A stretch of DNA of 64,000 nt, taken from Methanobacteriota archaeon. GTDB taxonomy: Archaea > Thermoplasmatota > Thermoplasmata > RBG-16-68-12 > JAFNFQ01. The stretch is taken from the NCBI GenBank assembly GCA_017885655.1, contig JAFNFQ010000032.1, positions 1,258-65,257 of the forward strand, given 5' to 3'. This document shows, in pieces, positions 1 to 8,636 of the stretch (position 1 is its first letter; every line of letters begins with the position of its first letter). The notes beneath the pieces are model-generated. The model searched no databases and was not told the origin of the DNA. It saw nothing but the letters and a program-made list of their open reading frames with translations. The translations under genes and the position numbers were made by a program.

Positions 1-543
1 ATCGACACTGGCGGGGCAAAGGGCTATGATGAGAGCGAGCATTTCACTATCCAGCCTCCGCCAAACACACCTCCGGTCGCGGCTATCTATTCTCCCGAGA
101 CCGGTATGACGTGGACCCAAGGCAGCTCTCACTCTGTGATATTCTCAGCCTCTGACAACGAGGACCCGCCATACGATCTCCGCGTATGGATCAACTATAC
201 ATCGAGTGCAGGCGGCGGGAACATCTGCGGACTGCTCTCGGGTGGCTTCCACGAATGCGCCTGGACCTTGCCCGCCATCTCCGCCACAGACGTCGTTGTC
301 AACATCACGGTCATCGACCTCGGAGGCTTGAAAGGATACAACGAGACCGGCGCTTTCACAATCAAGGCATCAACCCTAAGCGACCGCCCGTCCGACTTCG
401 TCGCCAATTACTGGTGGCTCTTTGTTGTGCTACCCGTGGCGGTGTCTTTCATCATCCTGCTGCTATTGCTGACGAGGAGAAGGAAACCGGAGGAGAAGCA
501 ATTCCCTCCGTCCGGACAGCGGAATTCGCCTCCGCGCAGGTGA
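1..543 (+). CDS. 3' end of a surface protein gene (partial; start lies upstream of the window). Extracellular Ig-like repeat followed by a C-terminal TM anchor and a short basic tail
   Basis: The open frame runs from the window edge. The segment VIFSASDNEDPPYDLRVWINYTSS...VNITVIDLGG...GAFTIKAS is paralogous to repeats inside the giant protein at 26829-32285. It ends with the hydrophobic stretch WWLFVVLPVAVSFIILLLLL followed by RRRK. Confidence 0.55.
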   Translation: MDTGGAKGYDESEHFTIQPPPNTPPVAAIYSPETGMTWTQGSSHSVIFSASDNEDPPYDLRVWINYTSSAGGGNICGLLSGGFHECAWTLPAISATDVVVNITVIDLGGLKGYNETGAFTIKASTLSDRPSDFVANYWWLFVVLPVAVSFIILLLLLTRRRKPEEKQFPPSGQRNSPPRR

Positions 544-791
544 CAACAGTAGCGACATGATTCGCTCTAGCGATGGCGCCAGGCAGGCGAGCCATATAGT
601 CTTCCTCGCACAGGCTTTATCAGCTCCAATCACCATTCGTATAACTCGATGAGGACATGAGGGGGGGGAGGTCGAGGGTTACTGGTGCGCGTGTCTGCCA
701 TGGTCTGCTATGTCTTCCTGATGGGTGTGGGGGCCTGATTCAACTTGGGCGTGATGTTCTTGCTGTTCCATCATCATAGGAGGAGCCAGAA

Positions 792-983
792 ATGAGCTAC
801 TGGTGCAGTGTCTGCGATTCCGCAATCGTGGCAGGAGATGTGATCGTGGTCTGCGAGGGCAAGGCAAATGAGCAGATTCCCGACATGCACAAACAGATTC
901 GGGTGATGCATCGTCACTGTGCCGCCACTATCGGCATGGCCAAAGTCTATCCTGTCTATGATTGGGAGGCTGCGAGAAGCTGA
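792..983 (+). CDS. small Cys/His-containing protein (possible zinc-ribbon), 63 aa
   Basis: A GGAGG Shine-Dalgarno sits ~8 nt upstream of the ATG. Contains a CxxC pair plus H/C residues. No recognisable family. Confidence 0.35.
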   Translation: MSYWCSVCDSAIVAGDVIVVCEGKANEQIPDMHKQIRVMHRHCAATIGMAKVYPVYDWEAARS

Positions 984-1032
984 TGAAGCCGGGGACAGAT
1001 CCCAGCACGTGACACCACCGTCAAGAATCGAG

Positions 1033-1105
1033 TGCCCGGGGAGGGAGTTGAACCCCCAGGAAACGGATCTGCAGTCCGTCACATTGGCCGCTCTGTCACC
1101 CGGGC
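1033..1105 (-). tRNA. tRNA-Cys (anticodon GCA)
   Basis: The reverse complement gives acceptor stem GCCCGGG/CCCGGGC, anticodon stem ACGGA/TCCGT with loop CTGCAGA (U33, anticodon GCA), T-arm GGGGG-TTCAACT-CCCTC and discriminator A. No CCA is encoded. Confidence 0.75.
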
Positions 1106-1166
1106 AGCGCGCGAACGATTGGCGGTACGATAGTTAACCTTTTTTATCTCAGGACGACCTCGTCCG

Positions 1167-2282
1167 TCAGAACAGGCTCTCCTTTGCGAAAAACATGTCC
1201 AGCGCCTTGATTGCACCTTTCGCATTGCCGTCGGCACCGACACCTGCCAGAGCCTCCGGGCCGCTCCATGACTCGAAGCTCGCCAGCGCGTCCCTCATCT
1301 GCCTCCTGAGGAATTCGTTCTCCCTCCCCTTCAGAACGAGCGCGATGAAAGTGGAATTGCCCTTCTCGATGAGTATGCGCGTGTCCCCGTGGTCTATCGC
1401 CCTGAGAGAATCGCTCGAAGAAGCGGGGAAGGATGTCTTCACGTAGCTCTGGATCACCGCCAACGTCTTCGACAGCTTCTCGAAGTCGAAGCTCTTCGCG
1501 AAGAACAGCGACTTCGAGCCTATCAGAGTCCCGTCCTCGCGCATCAGGTTCACCGCCATGACCTCGTAGCGCCGCCCCTCAAAGCTCTTCAGGGCCTTCA
1601 CCCAGCGCTCCCACGTCTCCGGGAATATCAGGGGCATCGTCGCGAGCGCAGGCATGATGAGCGATACCGAGTAGGCGGGGAACGGCGGGGGGCGAGCGTT
1701 CCCGGCGATCAGAGCGACGGCCACGGCCGTGCCGACGAAGAACGCAAACGAGAGCATCAGCCACGATGTCTTCCTAGCGAGGGATTCGTTCGCAAGACTT
1801 ATCCTTCTCGAGGCCGCGAAGACGTGGACGCCCGCCGCGAGGAAGTAGAAGGATGCGTATATGTCAAAGGCAATCTTATACTCCGGTCTCGAGACCAACC
1901 CCCAGCCCCAGTATGTCCCGACAACATCGCTCATCGTCGGAATCCAGGTTACTATGAGGACCGCAGCGCTCATGGGCAGAAGCGTCAGCCACCTCCTGTT
2001 CGGGTTGCGGCGGAATGATACCGAGAAGAAGACAAGGGAGAGCATCGCCAGGTTCAACACGCTCATCCCGATCCTGCCCGCGAACAGGACGAGGGTCGAA
2101 TCGTCCGAATTGTAGCAGAGGAAGTCGGTGAGGGCGAAGATGCCGAGGCAGATAATCGAGAGCTCGAAGAATATCTCGGTCCAGGAGTTGACCCGCCTCT
2201 TGAGCAGCAGGACCGCCAGCATCGAGAAGTACAGTACCGCCACGAGGATTGGAATCCCCCTGATAATCTCCCCTAGGTTCAT
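1167..2282 (-). CDS. polytopic membrane protein (~6 TM) with a C-terminal cytoplasmic roadblock/LC7-like domain
   Basis: The N-terminal ~230 aa are hydrophobic helices. The C-terminal ~130 aa (GRRYEVMAVNLMREDGTLIG...TRILIEKGNSTFIALVLKGRE) resembles a roadblock/LC7 fold. The assignment is tentative. Confidence 0.55.
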   Translation of the reverse strand: MNLGEIIRGIPILVAVLYFSMLAVLLLKRRVNSWTEIFFELSIICLGIFALTDFLCYNSDDSTLVLFAGRIGMSVLNLAMLSLVFFSVSFRRNPNRRWLTLLPMSAAVLIVTWIPTMSDVVGTYWGWGLVSRPEYKIAFDIYASFYFLAAGVHVFAASRRISLANESLARKTSWLMLSFAFFVGTAVAVALIAGNARPPPFPAYSVSLIMPALATMPLIFPETWERWVKALKSFEGRRYEVMAVNLMREDGTLIGSKSLFFAKSFDFEKLSKTLAVIQSYVKTSFPASSSDSLRAIDHGDTRILIEKGNSTFIALVLKGRENEFLRRQMRDALASFESWSGPEALAGVGADGNAKGAIKALDMFFAKESLF

Positions 2283-2328
2283 CGGATTCCCGCCTTGGGT
2301 TCTCTATTGCTGACGAACTCCCTACCTT

Positions 2329-3738
2329 GTGCCCGAGCGCCGAGATAATCGTTTCGCCACGGTTATCATTCATAGAGTTGAACAGCCCCGGGAATCGCCA
2401 GCAAGGGACAATGTATATGCCGCCGTCCCCGAATCCCCCGCCGTGGCCCCGTTCAAGACCATCAACGACACGGTCCATGGAACCATCCGTCTCGAAGGGA
2501 TCGTCCTGGACCTCCTCGAGACCCTGGAGATACAGAGGTTGAACAGCATCAGGCAGCTAGGCCTCACGTACCTAGTGTTCCCCGGGGCGAACCATTCGCG
2601 GATCGAGCACGTCATAGGCGTCTCGCATGTGGCGGGGCAGATCGCCGACGCTTTCGACCTTCCCGAGGCTGAGAAGGACCTGGTCATGGCAGCGGGGCTC
2701 CTGCACGACGTCGGCCACGGGCCTTTCTCTCACACGCTCGAGCACGTGCTCAGCCACGAGCGCAGCCTGGACCACATGAAGCTGACTCAGCGGATAATCA
2801 AGGGGGACGAGGACAACGTCGCTCCTCAGGAGAGAGAGGAATTCCCCGACGTGCCGAGGATCCCTGAGGTCATCAGGGCGCACGGCCTGAAGCCAGCCGA
2901 GGTCGCATCCCTCGTCGAGGGCGTGCCGGTCATGCACGGGCTCAGGGGGCTCGGCGAGCCTGCGAAGTTGCGCGGGAAGCGATACCTGGCGCAGATCATC
3001 CACAGTACCGTCGACGCGGACCAGGTGGACTACCTGATGAGGGACGCGCACTACACCGGCGTCGCGCATGGGGCTTTCGACTTCAGGCGGCTGCTGCAGA
3101 CGATGATGCTCAAGGACGGCAGGATGGTCATAGACAAGAAAGGGCTCCCCGCGCTGGAGGGGATGCTGGTCGCGAGGGCGCTGATGTACTCCTCGGTCTA
3201 CTTCCATAAGACGGTCAGAATCGCGGAACAGATGATTGCACGGGCGGTCGAGCGATCGGAGAAGCCTGTCACGGAAGTGCAGAAGATGGTGGATGCCGAG
3301 CTGATCAACTGGCTCGTCGACCAGGGCGGGCTGCAGAGGGAGTTCGCCCTCCGCATCAAGTACAGGAAGCTGTTCAAGCGCGCGTGGCACAGGGGACGGG
3401 ACGACCTGTCGAAGGAGCAGTGCGACACGCTACTCGAGCTGGCGGACAGGGGGAAGAGGCGCAAGGCGGAGGATGCGATCTGCCGGAGGGCGGCAATAGA
3501 GGGGGGCAGGGTCCTGATCGACGTGCCAGCGCCGGAGCTGCTGCTCAGCGAGCCGAGGATCGCGGCGGTGGACATCGACGTCGTGGACGAAGACAGGCTC
3601 GTGCCCTTCAGGAAGTCGAGCCCGCTGAGCAGGGCGCTTCAGCTGAGAGAGGTTTCGGACTGGGTGGTGATGGTCGCCGCGGATCCGAAGTTGCTGGGAG
3701 AGGTCAGGGCTGCGGTGGAGCGAGTGCTGTTCGCATGA
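2329..3738 (+). CDS. HD-domain phosphohydrolase (dGTPase/SAMHD1-like dNTP triphosphohydrolase family, COG1078)
   Basis: Motifs VHGTIRL, HSRIEHVIGVSHVAG and LLHDVGHGPFSH. The start may lie downstream of the first ATG. Confidence 0.85.
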   Translation: MPERRDNRFATVIIHRVEQPRESPARDNVYAAVPESPAVAPFKTINDTVHGTIRLEGIVLDLLETLEIQRLNSIRQLGLTYLVFPGANHSRIEHVIGVSHVAGQIADAFDLPEAEKDLVMAAGLLHDVGHGPFSHTLEHVLSHERSLDHMKLTQRIIKGDEDNVAPQEREEFPDVPRIPEVIRAHGLKPAEVASLVEGVPVMHGLRGLGEPAKLRGKRYLAQIIHSTVDADQVDYLMRDAHYTGVAHGAFDFRRLLQTMMLKDGRMVIDKKGLPALEGMLVARALMYSSVYFHKTVRIAEQMIARAVERSEKPVTEVQKMVDAELINWLVDQGGLQREFALRIKYRKLFKRAWHRGRDDLSKEQCDTLLELADRGKRRKAEDAICRRAAIEGGRVLIDVPAPELLLSEPRIAAVDIDVVDEDRLVPFRKSSPLSRALQLREVSDWVVMVAADPKLLGEVRAAVERVLFA

Positions 3739-3771
3739 AGGCGGCGGGGCTGATGCGACAGGTTTCTCCCT

Positions 3772-3790
3772 CACCTTTTATATATCAGAC
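3772..3790 (+). promoter_or_regulatory. candidate archaeal TATA box (TTTTATATAT) upstream of ftsZ
   Basis: An AT-rich TATA-like element ~60 nt upstream of the ATG at 3845, in an otherwise GC-rich region. Confidence 0.3.
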
Positions 3791-3844
3791 TAACGATACA
3801 TCCGTAATCTGGGATGGGTATACCCAGCCGCGCAGGGTGAACGC

Positions 3845-4939
3845 ATGAAATCGATTATCGAAGACACGCTTTCTAGAGATGCTTCTGTCGTGCAGCCGGA
3901 GGACTCGAGGGTCGATCACGAGCTGGAGGACCTCCTCGCGAAGATGAGGACGAACATCAAGATCATCGGGGTCGGCGGTGGCGGGAGCAACACCATCGCG
4001 CGAATCACCGAGGAGGGGATAGTCGGCGCGGAGCTCATAGCCGCGAACACCGACGCACAGCACCTCTTCGCGATCAGGGTCCCGAAGAAGATACTCCTGG
4101 GCCGCAGGACGACTAAGGGCCTGGGTGCGGGCGCCCTTCCCCAGATAGGCGAGGAGGCTGCGAGAGAGGCGGAGGACGAACTCAAGGCGGCACTCCAGGG
4201 GGCCGACATGGTCTTCGTGACGTGCGGCCTCGGCGGGGGGACCGGCACGGGCAGCAGCGGCTACATCTCGAAGATGGCACGAGACCTGGGGGCGCTGACG
4301 ATTGGCGTGGTAACGATGCCCTTCAAGGGAGAAGGCAGGCTCCGCATGGAGAGCGCGGAGTGGGGGCTGGAGCGCCTCAGGAACTCCGCAGACACCGTCG
4401 TCACGATCCCGAACGACAGACTTCTCGATTTGGTGCCGCGCATGCCCCTCAATGCTGCATTCAGGTTCGCGGACGAGGTGCTGATGAGGTCGATCAAAGG
4501 CCTCACCGAGGTCATCACGAAGCCCGGCCTTGTCAACCTCGACTTCAACGACATCAAGACGATCATGAAGGGAGCCGGAGTGGCGATGATAGGCCTGGGC
4601 GAGAGCGAGGCGATGGGGGAGGAGAGGGCGATAGAGGCGATCGACGAGGCGATCAACTCGCCCCTGCTCGAGGTGGACATCAGCCAGGCGAACGGAGTCC
4701 TGGTGAACGTGATCGGCGGGAACGACATGACCGTGACCGAGGCCGAGCGCGTCGCCGAGGTGGTCCAGACGAAGGTGAGCCCGAACGCCAGGATAATCTG
4801 GGGCGCGACCGTCGACCCGACGCTGGAGCACAAGCTGCGCGTGATGCTGGTCGCCACGGGGGTCAAGAGCAAGCAGATCACGGGCCGCAGGGACCTCCCG
4901 CCGACCTCGCAAAGGATGGGCATGGACGTCGTGAGATAG
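3845..4939 (+). CDS. ftsZ: cell division GTPase FtsZ (tubulin/FtsZ family), paralog A
   Basis: KIIGVGGGGSNTI, the glycine-rich tubulin signature [11 protein letters not shown], and FtsZ C-terminal domain motifs. Confidence 0.9.
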   Translation: MKSIIEDTLSRDASVVQPEDSRVDHELEDLLAKMRTNIKIIGVGGGGSNTIARITEEGIVGAELIAANTDAQHLFAIRVPKKILLGRRTTKGLGAGALPQIGEEAAREAEDELKAALQGADMVFVTCGLGGGTGTGSSGYISKMARDLGALTIGVVTMPFKGEGRLRMESAEWGLERLRNSADTVVTIPNDRLLDLVPRMPLNAAFRFADEVLMRSIKGLTEVITKPGLVNLDFNDIKTIMKGAGVAMIGLGESEAMGEERAIEAIDEAINSPLLEVDISQANGVLVNVIGGNDMTVTEAERVAEVVQTKVSPNARIIWGATVDPTLEHKLRVMLVATGVKSKQITGRRDLPPTSQRMGMDVVR

Positions 4940-5084
4940 GAGTCTGGCCGTTCTGGGGACAGCCTCATCAGGCCAGCGCAGCCACCCAGGGCAGCAACCA
5001 TTCCGAAAAGCTTTATAGAGACCCTTGGTTACGTCCACCTAAACCTGACCAGGGTTTGCTCGTGATTCAGATGGAGGCATCTCC

Positions 5085-6191
5085 ATGCAATCTATTATCA
5101 AAGAATCGTTAATCAGGGCCGAGGACAAAACGCAGGCTCTCTCGGAGCCGCTCCAAGTCGGAGGATTCGCGGCGGACGACGCCGAGCTGGAGAAGATACT
5201 CGCCAGTCTCAGGACGAACATCAAGATCGTCGGGGTCGGTGGCGGCGGGACGAACACAATCGACCGCCTCGTGGAGGCGGGGATCGTCGGTGCCGAGCTG
5301 TATGCCTGCAACACGGACGCGCAGCACCTCCTCACGGTCCGTTCCCCCCATAAGATCCTCTTCGGGAGAAGGGTGACGCGGGGACTCGGGGCCGGCGCGC
5401 TGCCGCAGGTCGGCGAGGAGGCGGCGAGGGAATCTGACGAGGAGCTCAAGAAGGCGCTTCAGGGTGCTGACATGGTCTTTGTCACATGCGGGCTGGGCGG
5501 CGGGACGGGCACGGGCGGCGCTCCTGTCGTGGCGCAGATCGCGCACGAGCTGGGCGCCCTGACCATAGCGATTTGCACGCTCCCGTTCAAGGCGGAGGGG
5601 ATTATACGCGCGGAGAACGCCGAGTACGGGCTGGAGAAGCTGCGCAACTTCGCGGACACAGTCATCACCATACCAAACGACAAGCTGCTGGAGCTCGTGC
5701 CGAGGCTGGCGCTCAACGCTGCATTCAAGGTGGCGGACGAGGTCCTCATGAGGGCGATCAAAGGCATCACCGAGGTCATCACGAAGCCCGGCCTGGTCAA
5801 CCTGGACTTCAACGACATAAGGACGATCATGAAGGGCGGGGGAGTCGCGATGATAGGCCTCGGCGAGGGCGAGGACGACAGGCGGGCCGAGGACGCGATA
5901 GAGGCCGCGATCAACTCCCCGCTGATCGACGTGGACATTAGCATCGCAAACGGCGCGCTGGTCAATGTGACCGGCGGCAACGACATGACTGTGACGGAGG
6001 CCGAGAAGTGCGCCGAGATAGTCCAGAGCAGAATCAGCCCCAACGCGAGGATCATCTGGGGAGCCGCGGTGGACCCCGCGCTGCAGCACAGGATGAGGGC
6101 GCTCGTCATCCTCACTGGTGTCAAGAGCAAGCAGATCTACGGCAGGGGCGAGAGGCCGCCTCAGGCCCCCGGGCTCGAGGTCGTGCGGTGA
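5085..6191 (+). CDS. ftsZ: cell division GTPase FtsZ, paralog B (tandem to the first)
   Basis: [13 protein letters not shown] and [15 protein letters not shown]. About 60% identity to the upstream paralog. Confidence 0.9.
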   Translation: MQSIIKESLIRAEDKTQALSEPLQVGGFAADDAELEKILASLRTNIKIVGVGGGGTNTIDRLVEAGIVGAELYACNTDAQHLLTVRSPHKILFGRRVTRGLGAGALPQVGEEAARESDEELKKALQGADMVFVTCGLGGGTGTGGAPVVAQIAHELGALTIAICTLPFKAEGIIRAENAEYGLEKLRNFADTVITIPNDKLLELVPRLALNAAFKVADEVLMRAIKGITEVITKPGLVNLDFNDIRTIMKGGGVAMIGLGEGEDDRRAEDAIEAAINSPLIDVDISIANGALVNVTGGNDMTVTEAEKCAEIVQSRISPNARIIWGAAVDPALQHRMRALVILTGVKSKQIYGRGERPPQAPGLEVVR

Positions 6192-6201
6192 GGAAATCGA
6201 G

Positions 6202-6441
6202 ATGAGCGGAATATTGGACAAGGGCTGGGAGACTCAGAGGCGCTTCGAGGAGAGGACGAAGAGGATCGGGAAGGGCAAGTACGGGCGCGTCCTGAGGATG
6301 GCGCGCAAGCCCACGGCCGAGGAGTACGCCAAGGTCGTGACCGTGACGGGCCTCGGCCTGATACTCATAGGAGCGCTCGGTTTCTTCATCTACCTCATGA
6401 TGACCGCGTTCCCCAGCTGGATCGGCGGCCTGTTCAAGTGA
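6202..6441 (+). CDS. secE: preprotein translocase subunit SecE / Sec61-gamma
   Basis: A 79-aa protein with a basic N-terminus and a single C-terminal TM helix (VTVTGLGLILIGALGFFIYLMM). It sits in the conserved archaeal position between ftsZ and spt5. GAGG SD upstream. Confidence 0.8.
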   Translation: MSGILDKGWETQRRFEERTKRIGKGKYGRVLRMARKPTAEEYAKVVTVTGLGLILIGALGFFIYLMMTAFPSWIGGLFK

Positions 6442-6456
6442 GAGGAGTTCGGATCC

Positions 6457-7536
6457 ATGGGACTACTCGACGACCTGGCAAAGAAACCGCCAACGCCGCC
6501 TTCCGCGGAGAGGCCGGCGGTCGTCGCCCGCGTGTCCATCGACATGAAGGAAGAGAAGATGGACATGACGGCGGGAGTGGGGAGGGAGTTCCCCGTCGTC
6601 GTCATGAACTCGGGCACCGAGGACGACACCGTCAGGATCAAAGTGGACATGATCTACAGCTACGAGACTCCGGACCCGCCCGAGTGGACCGTGAAGCTCG
6701 GGGGCGTGGAGGAGAAGGTCTGGGAGATAGGCACCTACGTCAGGCACCACCAGGAAGTCAAGACCCGCAAGGAGTTCGTGGACAGGCAGGTCAAGGAGTT
6801 CACGGACAAGGGTCAGCCTGTGCCGGAGGACCTGGCGAAGGAGCGCGACTCCCTCGCGGAGAAGTTCAGGGAGGCCGAGGAGGGCCTGTCGAGGTCGTTC
6901 ATCCTGGTCAGCGGCGGGAGGAGGGAGCTGACTCTCCTGGTGACCTGCCCCAAGGGCGCCAGGTACGGGGACAGCCTCAACGTCGTGGTCAACGCGATTT
7001 CGAAGAGCGACCCCGCGGCGAGGGACCACAAGAGCAGCGTGTTCATGGCGCGGCAGAGCGTGCTGGCCGTGAAGACGTCGATAGGGCACGAGAGGGCGGT
7101 GGCGGACTCACTATATTCCAAGGCGAAGGCCAGGGACATCGGCGTGTTCAGCATACTCGCGCCGGCGAACCTGAGGGGCTACCTCTTCATCGAGAGCATG
7201 AACCCCGACAGGCTGGAAGAGGCGGTCAGGGGGATCAGGCGCGCGCACGGCGTCGTCGGGCGGGGGAAGGGCGAGACGAAGGGCGACGAGGGGATCATCG
7301 CCATCAAGGACATGGACATCTACCTCGCGCCGAAGCCTATCGTGAGCGGCATCATGGAGGGGGACATCGTCGAGCTGATCTCCGGGCCGTTCAAGGGCGA
7401 GAAGGCGAGGGTGCTGAGGATAGACGAGGCGAAGGAGGAGATCACCGTCGAGCTGTTCGAGGCGATGGTGCCGATACCTGTGACCGTCAGGGGGGACGCG
7501 GTCAGGGTGCTGCAGAAGGAGCAGGAGCAGAAGTAG
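6457..7536 (+). CDS. spt5: transcription elongation factor Spt5 (NusG; NGN + KOW) with an unusual ~196-aa N-terminal extension. The conserved core starts at ATG 7045
   Basis: NGN domain (VLAVKTSIGHERAVAD...IFSILAPANLRGYLFIESM) and KOW domain (GDIVELISGPFKGEKARVLRIDE). The open frame continues upstream to 6457 with no stop. Confidence 0.8.
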   Translation: MGLLDDLAKKPPTPPSAERPAVVARVSIDMKEEKMDMTAGVGREFPVVVMNSGTEDDTVRIKVDMIYSYETPDPPEWTVKLGGVEEKVWEIGTYVRHHQEVKTRKEFVDRQVKEFTDKGQPVPEDLAKERDSLAEKFREAEEGLSRSFILVSGGRRELTLLVTCPKGARYGDSLNVVVNAISKSDPAARDHKSSVFMARQSVLAVKTSIGHERAVADSLYSKAKARDIGVFSILAPANLRGYLFIESMNPDRLEEAVRGIRRAHGVVGRGKGETKGDEGIIAIKDMDIYLAPKPIVSGIMEGDIVELISGPFKGEKARVLRIDEAKEEITVELFEAMVPIPVTVRGDAVRVLQKEQEQK

Positions 7537-7600
7537 GTCGTGGTCAGCGTTCGGTGCAATTAATCAGATAGGCCATTCCGGTCACTTTCGGACATCTATC

Positions 7601-7624
7601 AGTTATCCTTAGGTAAGGATAACC
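7601..7624. repeat. 24-bp repeat AGTTATCCTTAGGTAAGGATAACC, copy 1. It contains a perfect 20-bp palindrome TTATCCTTAGGTAAGGATAA
   Basis: Identical to the copy at 7889-7912. Self-complementary. Confidence 0.9.
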
Positions 7625-7637
7625 GCTCCATTTCTCC

Positions 7638-7880
7638 ATGCAAATCGGCTGTGGTCTCCGGGTGATGCGCGTGAAGGGCAGACGCTACATCTATGTCTGG
7701 CACTACGAATTGTCAGACGGAGGGAGGAGGCAGGTCTACGAATACATCGGATCCGTGGATGACCCAGAATCGGGACGGAAAGCAGCTGATGCAATGGAGG
7801 AATACGTCCAGAAAGCAATCGACGAAGCACGCCGACGGCTCCAGTCGGATAAGGCCAAGGCCATGGCGGCGGTCAGGTGA
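7638..7880 (+). CDS. hypothetical small protein (80 aa), bracketed by the two palindromic repeats
   Basis: ATG-initiated ORF between spt5 and rpl11. No recognisable family. Contains a beta-rich segment YIYVWHYEL...QVYEYIG and a basic/acidic C-terminal helix. Confidence 0.45.
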   Translation: MQIGCGLRVMRVKGRRYIYVWHYELSDGGRRQVYEYIGSVDDPESGRKAADAMEEYVQKAIDEARRRLQSDKAKAMAAVR

Positions 7881-7888
7881 GGGGGTCG

Positions 7889-7912
7889 AGTTATCCTTAG
7901 GTAAGGATAACC
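7889..7912. repeat. 24-bp repeat AGTTATCCTTAGGTAAGGATAACC, copy 2
   Basis: A perfect copy of 7601-7624, 9 nt downstream of the ORF stop. Confidence 0.9.
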
Positions 7913-8031
7913 TGGCAAACGTGGGCACCTGCCGCTGCGGTCTGTTCTTGCATCCATTCCAATCCTCATACTCGCCAAGTGCAAAGACTTATCAAGCCCA
8001 GCCACATCCGCATATCTCCAAGGTTGAGACA

Positions 8032-8517
8032 ATGCCAGAACGCCTAGAGGTTCTCGTCGACGCAGGCAAGGCGACTCCGGGCGCGCCGCTCGGCCCCGCG
8101 CTCGGCCCGCTCGGCCTGAACATCGTGCAGGTGTGCAAGGACATCAACGAGAAGACGAAGGACTTCGAGGGGATGAAGGTCCCCATCGTCCTGCTCATCG
8201 ACACCAAGACGAAGGAGTACACCATAGAGGTAGGCACGCCACCCGTGTCCGCGTTGATACTCAAGGAGGCGGGCGCGGAGAAGGGCTCCGGCGAGGCTGG
8301 CAAGACCATGGTGGGCAGCATCTCGATGAAGTCGGTGATCAGCGTCGCCGAGATGAAGAAGGACTCGCTCCAGGGCAAGGATCTCAAGAGGCGCGTCATG
8401 GAGGTCGTCGGGACGTGCGTCTCCATGGGCGTCAAGGTCGAGGGCAAGAACCCCAAGGAATTCATCAAGGAAATCAAGGACGGGAAGTGGAACGCCCAGC
8501 TCGAGAAGGCGCAGTAG
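8032..8517 (+). CDS. rpl11: 50S ribosomal protein L11 (archaeal uL11)
   Basis: LEVLVDAGKATPGAPLGPALGPLGLNIVQVCKDINEKTKDF is the archaeal L11 signature. 162 aa. Confidence 0.9.
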   Translation: MPERLEVLVDAGKATPGAPLGPALGPLGLNIVQVCKDINEKTKDFEGMKVPIVLLIDTKTKEYTIEVGTPPVSALILKEAGAEKGSGEAGKTMVGSISMKSVISVAEMKKDSLQGKDLKRRVMEVVGTCVSMGVKVEGKNPKEFIKEIKDGKWNAQLEKAQ

Positions 8518-8636
8518 GCAGAGCGAATTCGCCAACCCCGGCTAAATATTCTTAAATAGACAGAAGGCGCATTCGAGCACAGTTCCCGCAGGGAGGGGAA
8601 ATCACGAGAGTCGCTTCTGGCCTCAGATCTCTGCTT

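Noticed and set aside
774-1082. 102-aa minus-strand ORF overlapping the tRNA-Cys gene
   Set aside because: It overlaps a well-formed tRNA and has no start context, so it is a spurious ORF.
6438-7571. 377-aa ORF (Arg/Gly-rich) overlapping spt5 in another frame. Similar long Arg/Gly/Asp-rich ORFs lie antisense to or overlapping ftsZ (4222-5112, 5109-6221), L11 (8044-8535) and the surface-protein genes
   Set aside because: Low-complexity translations (RGRGG..., DRRER...) are typical of off-frame reading of high-GC coding DNA. Each overlaps a gene with strong family signatures.
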